The position numbers and the translations under genes are program-made. From a virus (lineage: Duplodnaviria; Heunggongvirae; Uroviricota; Caudoviricetes): a stretch of 33,748 bases of DNA. The stretch is from the IMG/VR virus record IMGVR_UViG_2718218139_000002; one strand, 5' to 3'. Positions 15,996 through 28,255 of this stretch are shown in pieces. Under the pieces are notes generated by a model. It was not told the DNA's origin. It did not search any database and saw only the letters and a program-made list of their open reading frames with translations. Every line of letters starts with the position of its first letter. The stretch's first letter is position 1.

Positions 15996-16889
15996 ATGAA
16001 CCAGATGGCAGAAAACACACCAGAAGTTGAAATCGAAACCGACGCGTCAGAGCAGATTCCTGATGATGTCGAACTGGCTGAAGAAGTCGAAACAGAAGAT
16101 GGCAGTGAGTCCTCCGGCAATGATGCAGAGGAAGCTACTGAAACTGATGACGACGAATCAGAACAGGAATTCTACTTTGGTGACGAAAAGCTGGATTCGC
16201 CAACCAGCGAAGATAGCGCAGAGCATGGACTGGTTAAACACCTGCGCAAGACGATTAAAGAGAAAGACCGCGAGCTGAAAGAGCTGATGCGTCAGTCTCA
16301 GAAACCCGTCGAGCAGCAGCCGGTAATCACTCAACCACCGCGAATGCCAAAACTGGATGATGAGGACATCGGTTTCGATGAAGAAATCTATCAGCAACGC
16401 ATGGCTAAGTGGGCAGAGGATAACGGAAAGTACCAGCAACAGGAGATGGCTCGCAAGCAGAAGGAGCAGGAGCTTCAGGCTGCTTATCAAGAGCGATTAT
16501 CCAAATATCAGCAACGTGTTAAGGCTCTCAAGGTTCCTGGCTATCAGGAAGCAGAACAGGCCGTACTCGAGGAAATCCCCATCGAGACACAAAACGCGAT
16601 CCTGTTTGAGTCAGAGAAGCCGGAAATCGTTGTTCTGGCACTCGGTCGCAACGCTGAACTGCGCAAGCAACTGGCAGAAGCTACCAACCCCGTAGCAATT
16701 GGTCGTCTGCTGGAACGTATCGAATCGAAGGCCAGAATCATGCCAAAAGCAAAAACCACGGCAGCCACAACCCCGACAGTTAAGGGGAGCAACGGCGCAG
16801 TAATCAATAACCTCGACAAACTGAAAGCCAAGGCGCTGGAAACTGGTGACTGGACGCCGTATTTCGCCGCTAAAAAGGCAAAAAAATAA
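15996..16889 (+). CDS. scaffolding protein (P22 gene 8 position)
   Basis: 297 aa, with a highly acidic N-terminal third, then a charged helical region and a K-rich C-terminus (LDKLKAKALETGDWTPYFAAKKAKK). It lies immediately upstream of the coat gene. Confidence 0.75.
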   Translation: MNQMAENTPEVEIETDASEQIPDDVELAEEVETEDGSESSGNDAEEATETDDDESEQEFYFGDEKLDSPTSEDSAEHGLVKHLRKTIKEKDRELKELMRQSQKPVEQQPVITQPPRMPKLDDEDIGFDEEIYQQRMAKWAEDNGKYQQQEMARKQKEQELQAAYQERLSKYQQRVKALKVPGYQEAEQAVLEEIPIETQNAILFESEKPEIVVLALGRNAELRKQLAEATNPVAIGRLLERIESKARIMPKAKTTAATTPTVKGSNGAVINNLDKLKAKALETGDWTPYFAAKKAKK

Positions 16890-17351
16890 CCTATCGGAGC
16901 ATTAAGCATGGCTAACCAATTAGCAAAAGACCTTGAAATCATGTTCGAAAACTGCGTTGAAGGCTTTGAGGCCGCCTGCGTAGTTTCCCGTAACGCTAAA
17001 AAATTCCGTCCCGGTGATACAGCAATGCAGCGAGCAGGTGATGTTCTGTATCGTCCGCAGCATTACCACATGAACATTGAGGAAGGCCTCGACCTCAGCA
17101 GCAAAACACCAACAGCACTGGTTCAGCGCCTTGTTCCTTCAGTGTTCAAGGAGCCGAAAAACATTCTGTACACTCTGGATGCGCGTGAAATGCGTGACCC
17201 GGAACATAAAACTGAAGCTGGTCGCGCCGCAGGTATGCGCCTTGCTGCACAGATTGACTCTGACCTGATTTCCATGGTCACGCAGCGTGCTACTAACGTG
17301 ATCACAATGGCTGACTCAACCACTGGTTCACAGGGCCGTGATTTGTAGTGG

Positions 17352-18520
<1,169 letters not shown>

Positions 18521-19418
18521 TGGAGCACCTGTGTTGTTCTGAGGTGAGCATATCACCTCTGTTCAGGTGGCCAAATTCAGTGTGCCACTACAATTTGTGG
18601 AACTGTGCGGCAGGTATTGATGCCACCATGACGGCGATTGGTGTACCTCAGGGTATCAACCGTCGCTCTTTCTGGAACCCCTTCAACTACAAAGACCTTG
18701 CTGGCGAGCTTGGTCACCGTGCCTATGCTCAGGGCGCAACCCTGACAGCATACGAAAAAGCGCAGATCCCTCCGGTTGCGTCATTCGATAGCTACAAGAC
18801 CGATATTTCTGGTCGTGTTCCGAAGGGTACAGCAACTTCCATTACGCTGGCAGCAGCACCTGCGCACAAGGTTGAAGCGAAAGATGCTAACGATATGCCA
18901 GTGGATAACCGACAGGGGACCATTACGGTATCTGCTGAAGGTTTGCAGGTTGGCGATGCGTTTACCATCGCAGGGGTGAATTCCGTACACCAGATCACCA
19001 AAGATACCACCGGGCAGCCGCAGGTATTCCGCGTTCTGGCAGTTAGCGGAACGACAGTAACTATCTCCCCGAAAATTCTGCCGCCTGACAACGCGGATGT
19101 CGCCAGCCGTCCATATGCAAACGTTGATGCTAATGCGGCAAGTAACGCAGCAATCACCATTCTCAACAAAAATGCCGCACCGGCTAACCTGTTCTGGGCT
19201 GATGGTTCTGTTGAACTGATGTACGGCAAACTGGCGTTCCCGACTGGTCAGGGTCCACAGGTAATGACAGCAACCACCGAGCAGGGCGCTACGCTGATCA
19301 TGTCTTACGCCTTCGACCACATCAAAGGCGTAACCACTGCGCGTTTCACCACTCTGTACGGTTGCTCTGTACTGGTTCCTGAATATACGGGCATCGTTAT
19401 TGCCGGGCAGTAATTTAG

Positions 19419-19442
19419 GTGGGGCTTCGGCCCCATTTTTAT
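19419..19442 (+). terminator. terminator after the coat gene
   Basis: ggggc-ttcg-gcccc tetraloop hairpin (19421-19434) followed by attttta. Confidence 0.7.
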
Positions 19443-19623
19443 TGGGAGAAGACAATGGCACGAACAATGCTCTATAAGCCAGGCAACATGATCACCTGCG
19501 GTCAGTTTGCTGTCGATTACATCATTGTTGATGACTAAGAAGTTAAATCTCACCTGAAAAAAGGTTGGGTAAAAACTCCTGAAGAAACCGCAACGAAGCA
19601 AAAAGTGGCTAAGGCGGAAGAAG

Positions 19624-20085
19624 ATGGCGAAAACGAAGGGTAATCTCGTTCTAAAGGCTTTACGAAAAGCTGGGCTGTATTCCAATGCCACGTTGACAGA
19701 TGCTGACCCTCAGGCAATTGAAGATGCCATTAATGACCTCGAAGACATGATGGCAGCATGGCAGGCGAAAGGTATCGAGCTTGGGTATCAGTTTGCTGAT
19801 ACAGAAAACGGCATCATGCCGTTACCTGACGATGATTCAGGTATCCCTGCATGGGCAAATGATGGCGTCGCTTTGAAGCTCGCTGTGCAAGTGTGCATGG
19901 ATAACGTCATTCAGCCGTCAGACGCTCTCCTTACCGCTGCTGACAGTGCATATCAGACAATCTGCATCGCTTTAACCAAAATACCACCACTTGAGCGGCG
20001 AAATGACATGCCTCGCGGTAGTGGTAACAAAAGCGCGTTTACGTGGAATCGGTTTTACATCGAGAAAGATGATCCGAGTACGTGA
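19624..20085 (+). CDS. head-completion / tail adaptor protein (P22 gp4 family)
   Basis: MAKTKGNLVLKALRKAGLYSNATLTDADPQAIEDAINDLEDMMAAW parallels P22 gp4 ([44 protein letters not shown]). Confidence 0.85.
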   Translation: MAKTKGNLVLKALRKAGLYSNATLTDADPQAIEDAINDLEDMMAAWQAKGIELGYQFADTENGIMPLPDDDSGIPAWANDGVALKLAVQVCMDNVIQPSDALLTAADSAYQTICIALTKIPPLERRNDMPRGSGNKSAFTWNRFYIEKDDPST

Positions 20086-20094
20086 GGTGAATAA

Positions 20095-21513
20095 ATGCCG
20101 ATTCAGCAACTTCCGCTTATGAAAGGTGTCGGCAAAGACTTTCGAAACGCCGACTATATCGACTATCTGCCAGTGAATATGCTGGCTACACCCAAAGAAA
20201 TACTCAACAGCAGCGGATATCTTCGCTCATTCCCGGGCATTGCCAAACGCTCCGATGTAAACGGTGTATCGCGCGGAGTCGAGTACAACATGGCGCAGAG
20301 TGCTGTTTATCGCGTGTGCGGGGGCAAGCTGTATAAGGGCGAAAGCGAAGTCGGTGACGTCGCCGGAAGTGGTCGCGTATCAATGGCGCATGGTCGAACA
20401 TCACAGGCGGTAGGCGTTAATGGTCAACTGGTCGAGTATCGCTATGATGGTACGGTTAAAACCGTCTCAAACTGGCCTACAGACAGTAGATTCACTCAGT
20501 ATGAGTTAGGCTCAGTCCGCGACATTACGCGCTTACGTGGGCGTTATGCGTGGTCAAAAGACGGTACTGATTCATGGTTTATCACTGACCTTGAAGACGA
20601 ATCACATCCTGACCGATACAGCGCACAATATCGCGCAGAATCTCAGCCGGACGGCATCATCGGAATCGGAACATGGCGAGACTTCATCGTCTGCTTTGGT
20701 TCATCGACGATTGAATATTTTTCCCTGACAGGTGCAACCACCGTTGGTGCCGCTTTGTATGTCGCACAGCCATCACTGATGGTGCAGAAAGGCATTGCCG
20801 GAACTTACTGCAAAACGCCGTTTGCTGATTCGTATGCATTTATCAGCAATCCGGCAACGGGTGCGCCATCTGTATACATCATCGGCTCCGGTCAGGTGTC
20901 ACCAATCGCCAGCGCGAGCATTGAGAAAATACTACGCTCCTACACTGCTGATGAACTGGCTGATGGCGTGATGGAATCGTTGCGGTTTGATGCTCATGAG
21001 TTGCTGATTATCCACCTTCCTCGCCATGTTCTCGTGTACGACGCATCTTCAAGCGCCAATGGTCCGCAATGGTGTGTGTTGAAAACTGGCTTGTATGACG
21101 ATGTGTACCGCGCTATCGACTTCATTTACGAAGGCAATCAGATAACGTGCGGCGATAAGCTGGAATCCGTGACCGGGAAATTGCAGTTCGATATCAGCAG
21201 CCAGTACGACAAGCAGCAGGAACACCTGCTGTTTACTCCGTTGTTCAAAGCGGATAACGCCAGAGTTTTCGACCTTGAAGTTGAATCGTCAACTGGAGTT
21301 GCGCAGTATGCTGACCGCCTTTTTCTCTCTGCAACCACTGACGGCATCAATTACGGGCGTGAGCAGATGATTGAGCAGAATGAACCGTTCGTTTACGACA
21401 AACGCGTTTTGTGGAAGCGTGTCGGGCGAATAAGGAAAAATGTCGGATTCAAATTGCGCGTTATCACGAAGTCACCTGTCACTCTGTCTGGCGCTCAGAT
21501 AAGGATTGAGTAA
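20095..21513 (+). CDS. packaged-DNA stabilization / tail hub protein (P22 gp10)
   Basis: 472 aa. [49 protein letters not shown] is near-identical to P22 gp10 as remembered. Confidence 0.92.
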   Translation: MPIQQLPLMKGVGKDFRNADYIDYLPVNMLATPKEILNSSGYLRSFPGIAKRSDVNGVSRGVEYNMAQSAVYRVCGGKLYKGESEVGDVAGSGRVSMAHGRTSQAVGVNGQLVEYRYDGTVKTVSNWPTDSRFTQYELGSVRDITRLRGRYAWSKDGTDSWFITDLEDESHPDRYSAQYRAESQPDGIIGIGTWRDFIVCFGSSTIEYFSLTGATTVGAALYVAQPSLMVQKGIAGTYCKTPFADSYAFISNPATGAPSVYIIGSGQVSPIASASIEKILRSYTADELADGVMESLRFDAHELLIIHLPRHVLVYDASSSANGPQWCVLKTGLYDDVYRAIDFIYEGNQITCGDKLESVTGKLQFDISSQYDKQQEHLLFTPLFKADNARVFDLEVESSTGVAQYADRLFLSATTDGINYGREQMIEQNEPFVYDKRVLWKRVGRIRKNVGFKLRVITKSPVTLSGAQIRIE

Positions 21514-22361
21514 TGGCGGATTCGAATCTCAATGTGCCGGTAATCATTCAGGCTACACGGCTCGACACATCAGTTCTTCCACGCAATATCTTCTCGCAGT
21601 CGTATCTGCTTTACGTTATCGCACAGGGCACTGATGTTGGTAACGTGGCTAACAAGGCCAACGAGGCCGGACAGGGCGCTTATGATGCACAAGTCAGGAA
21701 CGATGAGCAGGATGTGATTCTCGCTGACCATGAGCAGCGAATTTCTGCTGCGGAAGCAACACTTGTTAATCATGAGGAGCGAATCAGCCAGGCAGAATCA
21801 ACTCTTCAGGAACATGAAACGCGAATCGCTCAGAATGAAAGCGATATTGCGTCGCTTGATACCAGAGTTCAGTCGCTGGAATCGCAGGTTTCAGACCATG
21901 AATCGCGCATTGATGCTCTGGAGTATGCCACTACTCGCAAGAAGTCAGAGATTGTTTACTCTGGCGTATCTGTAACTATTCCGACAGCGCCTACTAACCT
22001 TGTTAGCCTGCTGAAAACGCTCACGCCGTCATCCGGAACGTTGGCACCATTCTTCGACACTGTTAACAACAAGATGGTTGTTTTCAACGAGAACAAAACC
22101 CTGTTATTCAAGCTGTCGATTGTCGGGACGTGGCCCAGCGGAACCGCTAACAGATCAATGCAGCTAACGTTTTCCGGCTCTGTTCCTGACACACTTGTGA
22201 GCAGTCGTAATGCGGCGACAACAACCGATAACATCCTGTTAGCTACGTTCTTCAGCGTGGATAAAGACGGCTTTCTTGCCACAAATGGCAGTACGTTAAC
22301 CATTCAGTCAAATGGGGCGGCGTTTACTGCCACAACCATCAAGATAATCGCGGAGCAGTAA
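21513..22361 (+). CDS. tail needle (P22 gp26 family, long form with an extra C-terminal domain)
   Basis: The N-terminus [43 protein letters not shown] matches P22 gp26. Coiled-coil heptads follow ([36 protein letters not shown]). At 282 aa versus 233 aa it resembles Sf6-type knobbed needles (from memory). Confidence 0.88.
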   Translation: MADSNLNVPVIIQATRLDTSVLPRNIFSQSYLLYVIAQGTDVGNVANKANEAGQGAYDAQVRNDEQDVILADHEQRISAAEATLVNHEERISQAESTLQEHETRIAQNESDIASLDTRVQSLESQVSDHESRIDALEYATTRKKSEIVYSGVSVTIPTAPTNLVSLLKTLTPSSGTLAPFFDTVNNKMVVFNENKTLLFKLSIVGTWPSGTANRSMQLTFSGSVPDTLVSSRNAATTTDNILLATFFSVDKDGFLATNGSTLTIQSNGAAFTATTIKIIAEQ

Positions 22362-22816
22362 TGATTCAGTTCAAACCAACGCGAAACATCGACCTGATCG
22401 AAGCAGTCGGAAATCACCCTGACATTATTGCCGGAAGCAACAACGGTGATGGATACGAATACAAGCCTGAATGCCGTTACTTTGAGGTGAACGTGCACGG
22501 TCAGTTTGGCGGCATTGTTTACTATCAGGAGATTCAGCCGCTGACATTCGATTGCCACGCCATGTACCTGCCAGAGATTCGCGGCTTCAGCAAGGAAATC
22601 GGGCTGGCGTTCTGGCGATACATTCTGACTAACACCACCGTTCAGTGCGTCACATCGTTCGCTGCACGCAAATTCCGCCACGGTCAGATGTATTGCGCAA
22701 TGATTGGCCTTAATCGTGTAGGAACCATCAAGAAATACTTCAAAGGCGTGGATGACGTGACGTTTTACAGCGCCACACGCGAAGAACTAATCGACTTCCT
22801 GAATCACGGGAGATAG
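22361..22816 (+). CDS. P22 gene 14-position protein (head assembly / ejection-associated)
   Basis: 151 aa. ATGA-coupled to the needle gene. Synteny 26-14-7-20-16. Confidence 0.65.
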   Translation: MIQFKPTRNIDLIEAVGNHPDIIAGSNNGDGYEYKPECRYFEVNVHGQFGGIVYYQEIQPLTFDCHAMYLPEIRGFSKEIGLAFWRYILTNTTVQCVTSFAARKFRHGQMYCAMIGLNRVGTIKKYFKGVDDVTFYSATREELIDFLNHGR

Positions 22817-22818
22817 CC

Positions 22819-23508
22819 ATGTTATATGCATTTAATCTGGGCAGAAAACTGCGCGGAGAGGAACCTTATTGCCCTGAAAAAGGCGGCAAAGGTGGCTCCG
22901 ATAAAAGCGCAAAGTATGCAGCAGAAGCCCAGAAGTATGCCGCAGACCTGCAAAATCAGCAGTTCAACACCATCATGAACAACCTGAAGCCGTTTACTCC
23001 TCTGGCTGATAAGTATGTCGGCAGCCTCGAGAACTTATCGTCTCTGGAAGGGCAAGGTCAGGCACTTAACCAGTATTACAACTCTCAGCAGTACAAAGAT
23101 CTTGCTGGTCAGGCTCGCTATCAGAGTCTGGCGGCAGCGGAAGCAACAGGTGGATTGGGTTCCACCGCAACCAGTAATCAGTTAGCAACAATCGCACCAA
23201 CGCTTGGTCAGCAATGGCTATCTGGTCAGATGAACAACTACCAGAATCTGGCAAATATTGGTCTTGGCGCACTGCAAGGTCAGGCAAACGCCGGGCAGAC
23301 ATATGCCAACAACATGAGTCAGATTTCGCAGCAAAGTGCGGCTCTTGCAGCGGCAAATGCCAACAGACCATCAGCAATGCAATCTGCTATTGGCGGAGGT
23401 GCGTCTGGTGCTATTGCTGGGGCTGGACTTGCGAAATTAATTGGTTCATCAACTCCGTGGGGGGCTGCGATCGGCGGCGGTCTTGGTCTACTTGGCTCGT
23501 TGTTTTAA
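22819..23508 (+). CDS. ejection (internal) protein gp7
   Basis: 229 aa, the same length as P22 gp7. MLYAF.LGRKLRGEEP N-terminus and a Gly/Ala-rich hydrophobic C-terminus. Confidence 0.85.
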   Translation: MLYAFNLGRKLRGEEPYCPEKGGKGGSDKSAKYAAEAQKYAADLQNQQFNTIMNNLKPFTPLADKYVGSLENLSSLEGQGQALNQYYNSQQYKDLAGQARYQSLAAAEATGGLGSTATSNQLATIAPTLGQQWLSGQMNNYQNLANIGLGALQGQANAGQTYANNMSQISQQSAALAAANANRPSAMQSAIGGGASGAIAGAGLAKLIGSSTPWGAAIGGGLGLLGSLF

Positions 23509-23517
23509 GGGGTAATC

Positions 23518-24933
23518 ATGGCTACGTGGCAACAGGGTATTAATTCTGGTGGTTTTCTGGCTGGCATCGGTACGCAAAATGAGAATGCGCCAAAGGCAAG
23601 CGACATTAACGCAACGCTTGGTCTGATCCGCGAAAACAATGAACTGGCTCGCTCAGGTGCAAATAACGTTGGTCTGACCGCGTTACGTGGTCTGGCTGGA
23701 GTTGCTGATATTTACAATCAGGAACAGCAACAGAAAGCGATTAGTGCGTTCAATAAGGTTCATGCTGATGCATGGGCTTCTGGTGATCCATCGGGACTAT
23801 TTAAGTTTGCCCAGGAAAATCCAGCGTTTGTTGCACAGGCACAACAGGCGTTTTCCGGTCTTAATGAGCAGCAACGCAACGATATGGGCGATTTAGCCAT
23901 GAGGGCTAACGTCGCTCTTTCTCAGGGACCGGAAGCCTACAGTAAATTCATTACTGACAACAAGGACAGGTTAAATCGCGTTGGCGCTAATGCTGACTGG
24001 ATGATTCAGACAGGTATCCAGAATCCAGAGCAGCTATCACACATGCTGACTACTATGTCTCTCGGTGCGCTTGGACCAGAAAAGGCGTTTGCTGTTCAGG
24101 ACAAGATGGCTGGTCGTGAGATTGACCGAGGCAGACTGGCAGAGACAATCCGCAGCAATCAGGCTGGAGAAGCACTTCAGGCGAGAGGGCAAAACCTTTC
24201 CTATCAGTCAGCAATGACTGGACACAATATCGCAGCACAACGCTTGGCTCTGGATCAGCAAGAGTTCGGATTTAAGATGCAGCAAGCGCAGGAAAAGGCT
24301 CAGCAGTTGATTAGCGAAGCACCTAAGCTGTCAGTAAACATGGAAAAAGGCATCGAGACGGCTGTAAACAATGCCACAGCATCATCAAACTCAGCCAATT
24401 CCATGAGTGCGCTTGCTCAACAGTTCAGAGCAGAAAAACCAACGACAGGTTTGTTCGGTAACGCACAGAACATGTTCGCAAAACTTACCGGAAGCGATAC
24501 GACATTGCGTGATTTGCGCATTCGCCAAAATGCCCTTGTTAACAGTCAGGTTCTTAAATTCCTACCTCCCGGCCCAGCAACTGATAAAGACGTTGAGATC
24601 GTTCGACAGGGTGCGCCAACTGACATGGATAACCCTGAGACGGTCGCAAGATGGCTTGATGCAATGGCAAACCTTGAGCGACGAAACGCGCAGTTTAATG
24701 AGTTTAAAGCCGAGTGGATGAGCGCGAATGGCAACTCTGGACAATCGCGTAATGGCGGTCAGATATTGGGGTTGGATGTTAAAAAAGGTGAATCATTGGG
24801 GAGTGCCGTTAAGCGGTATATGTCAATGAATACTGACGCAGCGCCAGCACAAGATTCGACACCTTCAGGAAAACCACGTAATCAGGTTGGATCATATACC
24901 TCAAAATCAGGCATTCAATTTACGGTGGAATGA
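23518..24933 (+). CDS. ejection protein gp20
   Basis: 471 aa, the same length as P22 gp20. Supported by synteny. Confidence 0.8.
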   Translation: MATWQQGINSGGFLAGIGTQNENAPKASDINATLGLIRENNELARSGANNVGLTALRGLAGVADIYNQEQQQKAISAFNKVHADAWASGDPSGLFKFAQENPAFVAQAQQAFSGLNEQQRNDMGDLAMRANVALSQGPEAYSKFITDNKDRLNRVGANADWMIQTGIQNPEQLSHMLTTMSLGALGPEKAFAVQDKMAGREIDRGRLAETIRSNQAGEALQARGQNLSYQSAMTGHNIAAQRLALDQQEFGFKMQQAQEKAQQLISEAPKLSVNMEKGIETAVNNATASSNSANSMSALAQQFRAEKPTTGLFGNAQNMFAKLTGSDTTLRDLRIRQNALVNSQVLKFLPPGPATDKDVEIVRQGAPTDMDNPETVARWLDAMANLERRNAQFNEFKAEWMSANGNSGQSRNGGQILGLDVKKGESLGSAVKRYMSMNTDAAPAQDSTPSGKPRNQVGSYTSKSGIQFTVE

Positions 24934-26771
24934 TGAAAGTAACTGCAAACGGTAAGACATTTACCTTCCCTGATGGTACGAGCACGGAAGATATTGGAGC
25001 CGCCATTGATGAGTATTTTGCTGGTCAGGTTGTTCAGCAACAAACAGTTAATCAGGCCAATAATGCACCAGTACGTGAAGACCCATCATTGATGCAACAA
25101 GCTGGCGATTGGCTCACTGGTGGTCAAAGTGCAGGGCAAATTGCAGAACAGGCTGGTCGTGGTCTGGTAAACATACCATTTGACGTATTGCAGGGTGGCG
25201 CAAGTCTGATTAATGCAATCAGTCAGGGGCTTGGAGGGCCAAAAGTTTTGGATGATGTTTATCGTCCAGTAGACAGACCGACAGACCCATACGCACAAGC
25301 CGGTGAAACAATTGGCGGGTATTTAGTTCCAGGAGTTGGAACGGCAGGAAGCATGGCTATTGGATCACTGGCAGAGGCCGCAAATCAGAAAGGTGATTTC
25401 GCACAAAATGCAGCTAAAAATGCCGGAGTTAACCTTGCCGCTCAGGGTGTTCTTTCCGCAGCAGCAAAGGGAATAGGGCGTGGAATAACGGCTATAAAAG
25501 GTGATATTGCGCCAGAAGTGGCGAAGAAAATAGCCACATCAGAATCGATGGGCGTGACACCAATGACATCTGATGTTATCCCGCCGAAAAATGCTTTCAC
25601 TCGCGGACTTACTCAGGATGCCGAGGGGGCTTTGCTCGGGACGGGCTCAAAGCGAGCAGAGCAATATGCAACGCGTAGTAAGCTGGTAAGCAATTATTTT
25701 GACCGTTTTGGTGAGTACAACCCTGATGATGTGGTGAAATCTCTGACCACCACGTTAAGGGGGCGGAAGGATGCTGCTGGCGCTGTTATCAATGACGTCA
25801 CCAATAAAATGGGTAATGCCGCAGTTGATACCACAAATACCATGAATGCTCTGAATACAGCGATCGCAAGACAGGAACGACTTGGGACGTCTGCCAATCA
25901 AAGCCTGCTTACATCCTTGCGTAACCTACGTGAAGAATTAGCAAACCCTGCAACTGATTTGGATGTTACGTTTGATCTCTTGCGTCAGCACAGAACAGCA
26001 TTTAGATCTAATGTTCAGGGAGATGCTATGGTCTTCCCCAACCAGGCAAAAGCAGCTACCAATATGGTAGAGAATGCAATGTCAAAAGACCTTCGTAACG
26101 CAGTTGCTAAAAACCTCGGTGCTTCAGACGCAGCAAAATACCTTAAAGCAAATTCCGATTATGCAAACGTTTATAATAAGGTGCTTAATAAAAACATTGC
26201 TAACAAACTCAACAAGGCAAGCAGTGAAGCCAGCCCTGAACTTATAAATACTGTTGTATTAAGCAGAAAACCATCTGACGTGAAACGAATCTGGAGCGCA
26301 CTGGATGATAAAGGGAAAGATGCTATGCGTGCAGCTTACATCAGCAAAATAGCGGAAAAGGCCGGTGACTCTCCAGCCAAGTTCATCACTGAAGTTAATA
26401 AGCTGAAATCTCAGTCAGGCGGTGAAATTTACAACACTATTTTTTCTGGAAAGCACATGAAAGAGCTTGATTCTCTTCATGAAGTTCTACAGCAAACAGC
26501 AAGGTCAGACACCGCAAATGTAGTAACTCAGACGGGGCAATCGCAAGCCAACCGGATAAGGACGATTGGCGCAACTGCGACTCTTGGCGTATCAATGGGG
26601 CTTGAGGCTGGCTTTGGTGCAATGATGCGTTTGTATGAGTCTAAAGCAGCAAGAAACATGCTTCTCCGCCTTGCAAACGTCAAGCCTGGAACTCCGGCAT
26701 ATGAGCGAGCGTTAAATCAGGCTGCTAACGCCGTTCGCCCTCTCCTAACTAACGAAGCTACCAGGCAGTAG
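24930..26771 (+). CDS. ejection protein gp16
   Basis: [32 protein letters not shown] matches the P22 gp16 N-terminus as remembered. 613 aa. Overlaps the gp20 stop. Confidence 0.88.
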   Translation: MMKVTANGKTFTFPDGTSTEDIGAAIDEYFAGQVVQQQTVNQANNAPVREDPSLMQQAGDWLTGGQSAGQIAEQAGRGLVNIPFDVLQGGASLINAISQGLGGPKVLDDVYRPVDRPTDPYAQAGETIGGYLVPGVGTAGSMAIGSLAEAANQKGDFAQNAAKNAGVNLAAQGVLSAAAKGIGRGITAIKGDIAPEVAKKIATSESMGVTPMTSDVIPPKNAFTRGLTQDAEGALLGTGSKRAEQYATRSKLVSNYFDRFGEYNPDDVVKSLTTTLRGRKDAAGAVINDVTNKMGNAAVDTTNTMNALNTAIARQERLGTSANQSLLTSLRNLREELANPATDLDVTFDLLRQHRTAFRSNVQGDAMVFPNQAKAATNMVENAMSKDLRNAVAKNLGASDAAKYLKANSDYANVYNKVLNKNIANKLNKASSEASPELINTVVLSRKPSDVKRIWSALDDKGKDAMRAAYISKIAEKAGDSPAKFITEVNKLKSQSGGEIYNTIFSGKHMKELDSLHEVLQQTARSDTANVVTQTGQSQANRIRTIGATATLGVSMGLEAGFGAMMRLYESKAARNMLLRLANVKPGTPAYERALNQAANAVRPLLTNEATRQ

Positions 26772-26790
26772 AAATGAACGCCAAGGAAGG

Positions 26791-27120
26791 CTATTTAATT
26801 CTCTTTTCAATGGCTGCAATTATTGCTTTTCCTGATGTTTCAGGAGATTTTGTAGCCATATAAGACGAAAAAATCATGTCGGTCATTCTTTCATAACTTA
26901 CTATTTCCCACTTAGCCAATGCATGGGACAGTTTGTAGTTGTCATCAGTTAGTGCCCTTATGGAATTTTTTAAGTGTTTATTCTCTTCTGTTAATCGCGC
27001 AATTTTTGTATCAATTTCATGTGAGCGATCTAATTCCTTAACCTGTTTCTTGAGGGCAGCTAACCCTGCATATAGTACGCAACAGGATATCCCAAGAGCG
27101 AGTACGACTATTTCTAACAC
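26791..27120 (-). CDS. small membrane-anchored coiled-coil protein (109 aa), moron at the P22 sieA position
   Basis: GTG start at 27120 with a strong SD (TAAGGAGG, 5-nt spacer). N-terminal TM LEIVVLALGISCCVLYAGLAAL, then a heptad-like charged helix. AT-rich and on the strand opposite to the late operon. Confidence 0.7.
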   Translation of the reverse strand: MLEIVVLALGISCCVLYAGLAALKKQVKELDRSHEIDTKIARLTEENKHLKNSIRALTDDNYKLSHALAKWEIVSYERMTDMIFSSYMATKSPETSGKAIIAAIEKRIK

Positions 27121-27238
27121 ACCAACCTCCTTAGTTTTTCGCAGGATACCATGAAAAAAGTAAACATCTTTTGCCTACTTCACATTTGAATGGTTTGTCA
27201 TTAGGATGTTTCCGGTTTTTTCAAATATGGAAATTGAT

Positions 27239-27658
27239 ATGAAGAGGATTATCGGCGTTGTTGCTGGCGCTATATTGTTATCTGGGTGCGCAACTATTGT
27301 TGGTGACGAAACACAGCTCGTGCAAGTGAACAGCAATCCTTCCGGTGCGAGCTTTAAAGTAAAAGACGAATCAGGCGTGATTGTTGCGCAAGGCAAGACC
27401 CCGCAAGGAGTAACTCTTGCCAAGTCAGATGGTAGTTATTTTGGCAAAAAGAGCTACCAGATCACTATGGAAAAGGATGGGTACGAACCAGTTACCCTGC
27501 CAATCAAAGCCAATGCTAATGGTTGGTATATTGGTGGAAACCTTGTGTTTGGTGGGTTAATTGGTTGGCTTGCTGTAGATCCTTTTAATGGTGGGATGTA
27601 TACCTTGAAGCCAAAAGAGGCAAACGCATCTCTTATACCATCAACAAAGCAAGACTAA
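27239..27658 (+). CDS. lipoprotein with a PEGA-like beta domain and a Gly-rich hydrophobic C-terminal segment (139 aa)
   Basis: Signal peptide plus lipobox MKRIIGVVAGAILLSGC. NSNPSGASFKVKDESGVIVAQGKTPQGVTL and GYEPVTLPI resemble the PEGA domain. WYIGGNLVFGGLIGWLAVDPFNGGMY is the hydrophobic segment. Followed by a terminator. Confidence 0.8.
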   Translation: MKRIIGVVAGAILLSGCATIVGDETQLVQVNSNPSGASFKVKDESGVIVAQGKTPQGVTLAKSDGSYFGKKSYQITMEKDGYEPVTLPIKANANGWYIGGNLVFGGLIGWLAVDPFNGGMYTLKPKEANASLIPSTKQD

Positions 27659-27664
27659 TAAATA

Positions 27665-27690
27665 GGACCCACCTTCAGGTGGGTTTTTTG
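27665..27690. terminator. bidirectional hairpin terminator shared by the lipoprotein gene and mnt
   Basis: acccacc-ttca-ggtgggt (27667-27684) followed by T6. The mnt stop codon lies in the loop. Confidence 0.8.
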
Positions 27691-27926
27691 TACAAATCCT
27701 TCAGCGTATCAAACACCATCTTCTTAACAAGCTCTGACTGCTCATCAGCGAGTCGTTCTGCATCGTCGCGATATCCAGTCACAGGCGATGGTTTTGATAG
27801 AGCATCTTGGACGATTTGTAACAACTCGGAGTTCATTGATCTCCCATTCGCCTCCGCCCTGAATTTTAATTTCTCCCTTACTTCCATAGGCATACGGAAG
27901 TTAAAGTGCGGATCATCTCTAGCCAT
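27675..27926 (-). CDS. mnt: Mnt repressor (immI)
   Basis: MARDDPHFNFRMPMEVREKLKFRAEANGRSMNSELLQIVQDALSKPSPVTGYR is essentially identical to P22 Mnt as remembered (83 aa). Confidence 0.95.
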   Translation of the reverse strand: MARDDPHFNFRMPMEVREKLKFRAEANGRSMNSELLQIVQDALSKPSPVTGYRDDAERLADEQSELVKKMVFDTLKDLYKKPT

Positions 27927-27948
27927 GCCATCACTCCAAGTTAGTGTA

Positions 27949-28000
27949 TTGACATGATAGAAGCACTCTACTATATTCTCAATAGGTCCACGGTGGACCT
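27949..28000 (+). promoter_or_regulatory. Pant promoter with the Arc operator and Mnt operator
   Basis: TTGACA (27949-27954), 17 nt, TATATT (27972-27977). The Arc operator atgatagaagcactctactat lies at 27954-27974. The Mnt operator is the perfect palindrome aggtccacggtggacct at 27984-28000. All as in P22 immI. Confidence 0.9.
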
Positions 28001-28016
28001 ATATTGTGAGGTGAAT

Positions 28017-28178
28017 ATGAAAGGAATGAGCAAGATGCCGCAGTTCAATTTGCGGTGGCCTAAAGAAGTATTGGATTTGGTACGCAAGGTGGCGGAAGAG
28101 AATGGTCGGTCTGTTAACTCTGAGATTTATCAGAGAGTAATGGAAAGCTTTAAGAAGGAAGGGCGCATTGGCGCGTAA
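28017..28178 (+). CDS. arc: Arc repressor (immI)
   Basis: [53 protein letters not shown], 53 aa, P22 Arc. Confidence 0.95.
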   Translation: MKGMSKMPQFNLRWPKEVLDLVRKVAEENGRSVNSEIYQRVMESFKKEGRIGA

Positions 28179-28179
28179 A

Positions 28180-28255
28180 GTTGAAGCCCCAACTGCGGGA
28201 ACAGTCAGGGCTTCGGTATCAACAAATCGGATTAGGAAATATTGACATGAAAAGT
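28180..28255 (-). ncRNA. sar: possible sar-like antisense RNA covering the ant ribosome-binding site
   Basis: By synteny with P22 immI only. The arc-ant spacer contains the long hairpin gaagccc...actg/cagt...gggcttc (28183-28214). I could not identify a convincing Psar -10/-35. Confidence 0.3.

Noticed and set aside
18781-19691. Long minus-strand ORFs (228, 145 and 128 aa) over the coat gene 3' half
   Set aside because: They are antisense to the coat coding sequence, in G+C-richer DNA where such shadow ORFs are common.
22304-22681. 125-aa minus-strand ORF over gene 14
   Set aside because: It is antisense to tightly coupled virion genes and has no signals.
23066-23543. ORFs 23066-23377(-) and 23214-23543(+)
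   Set aside because: They are alternative frames of the gp7 gene, a Gln/Ala/Gly-rich repetitive region that gives open shadow frames.
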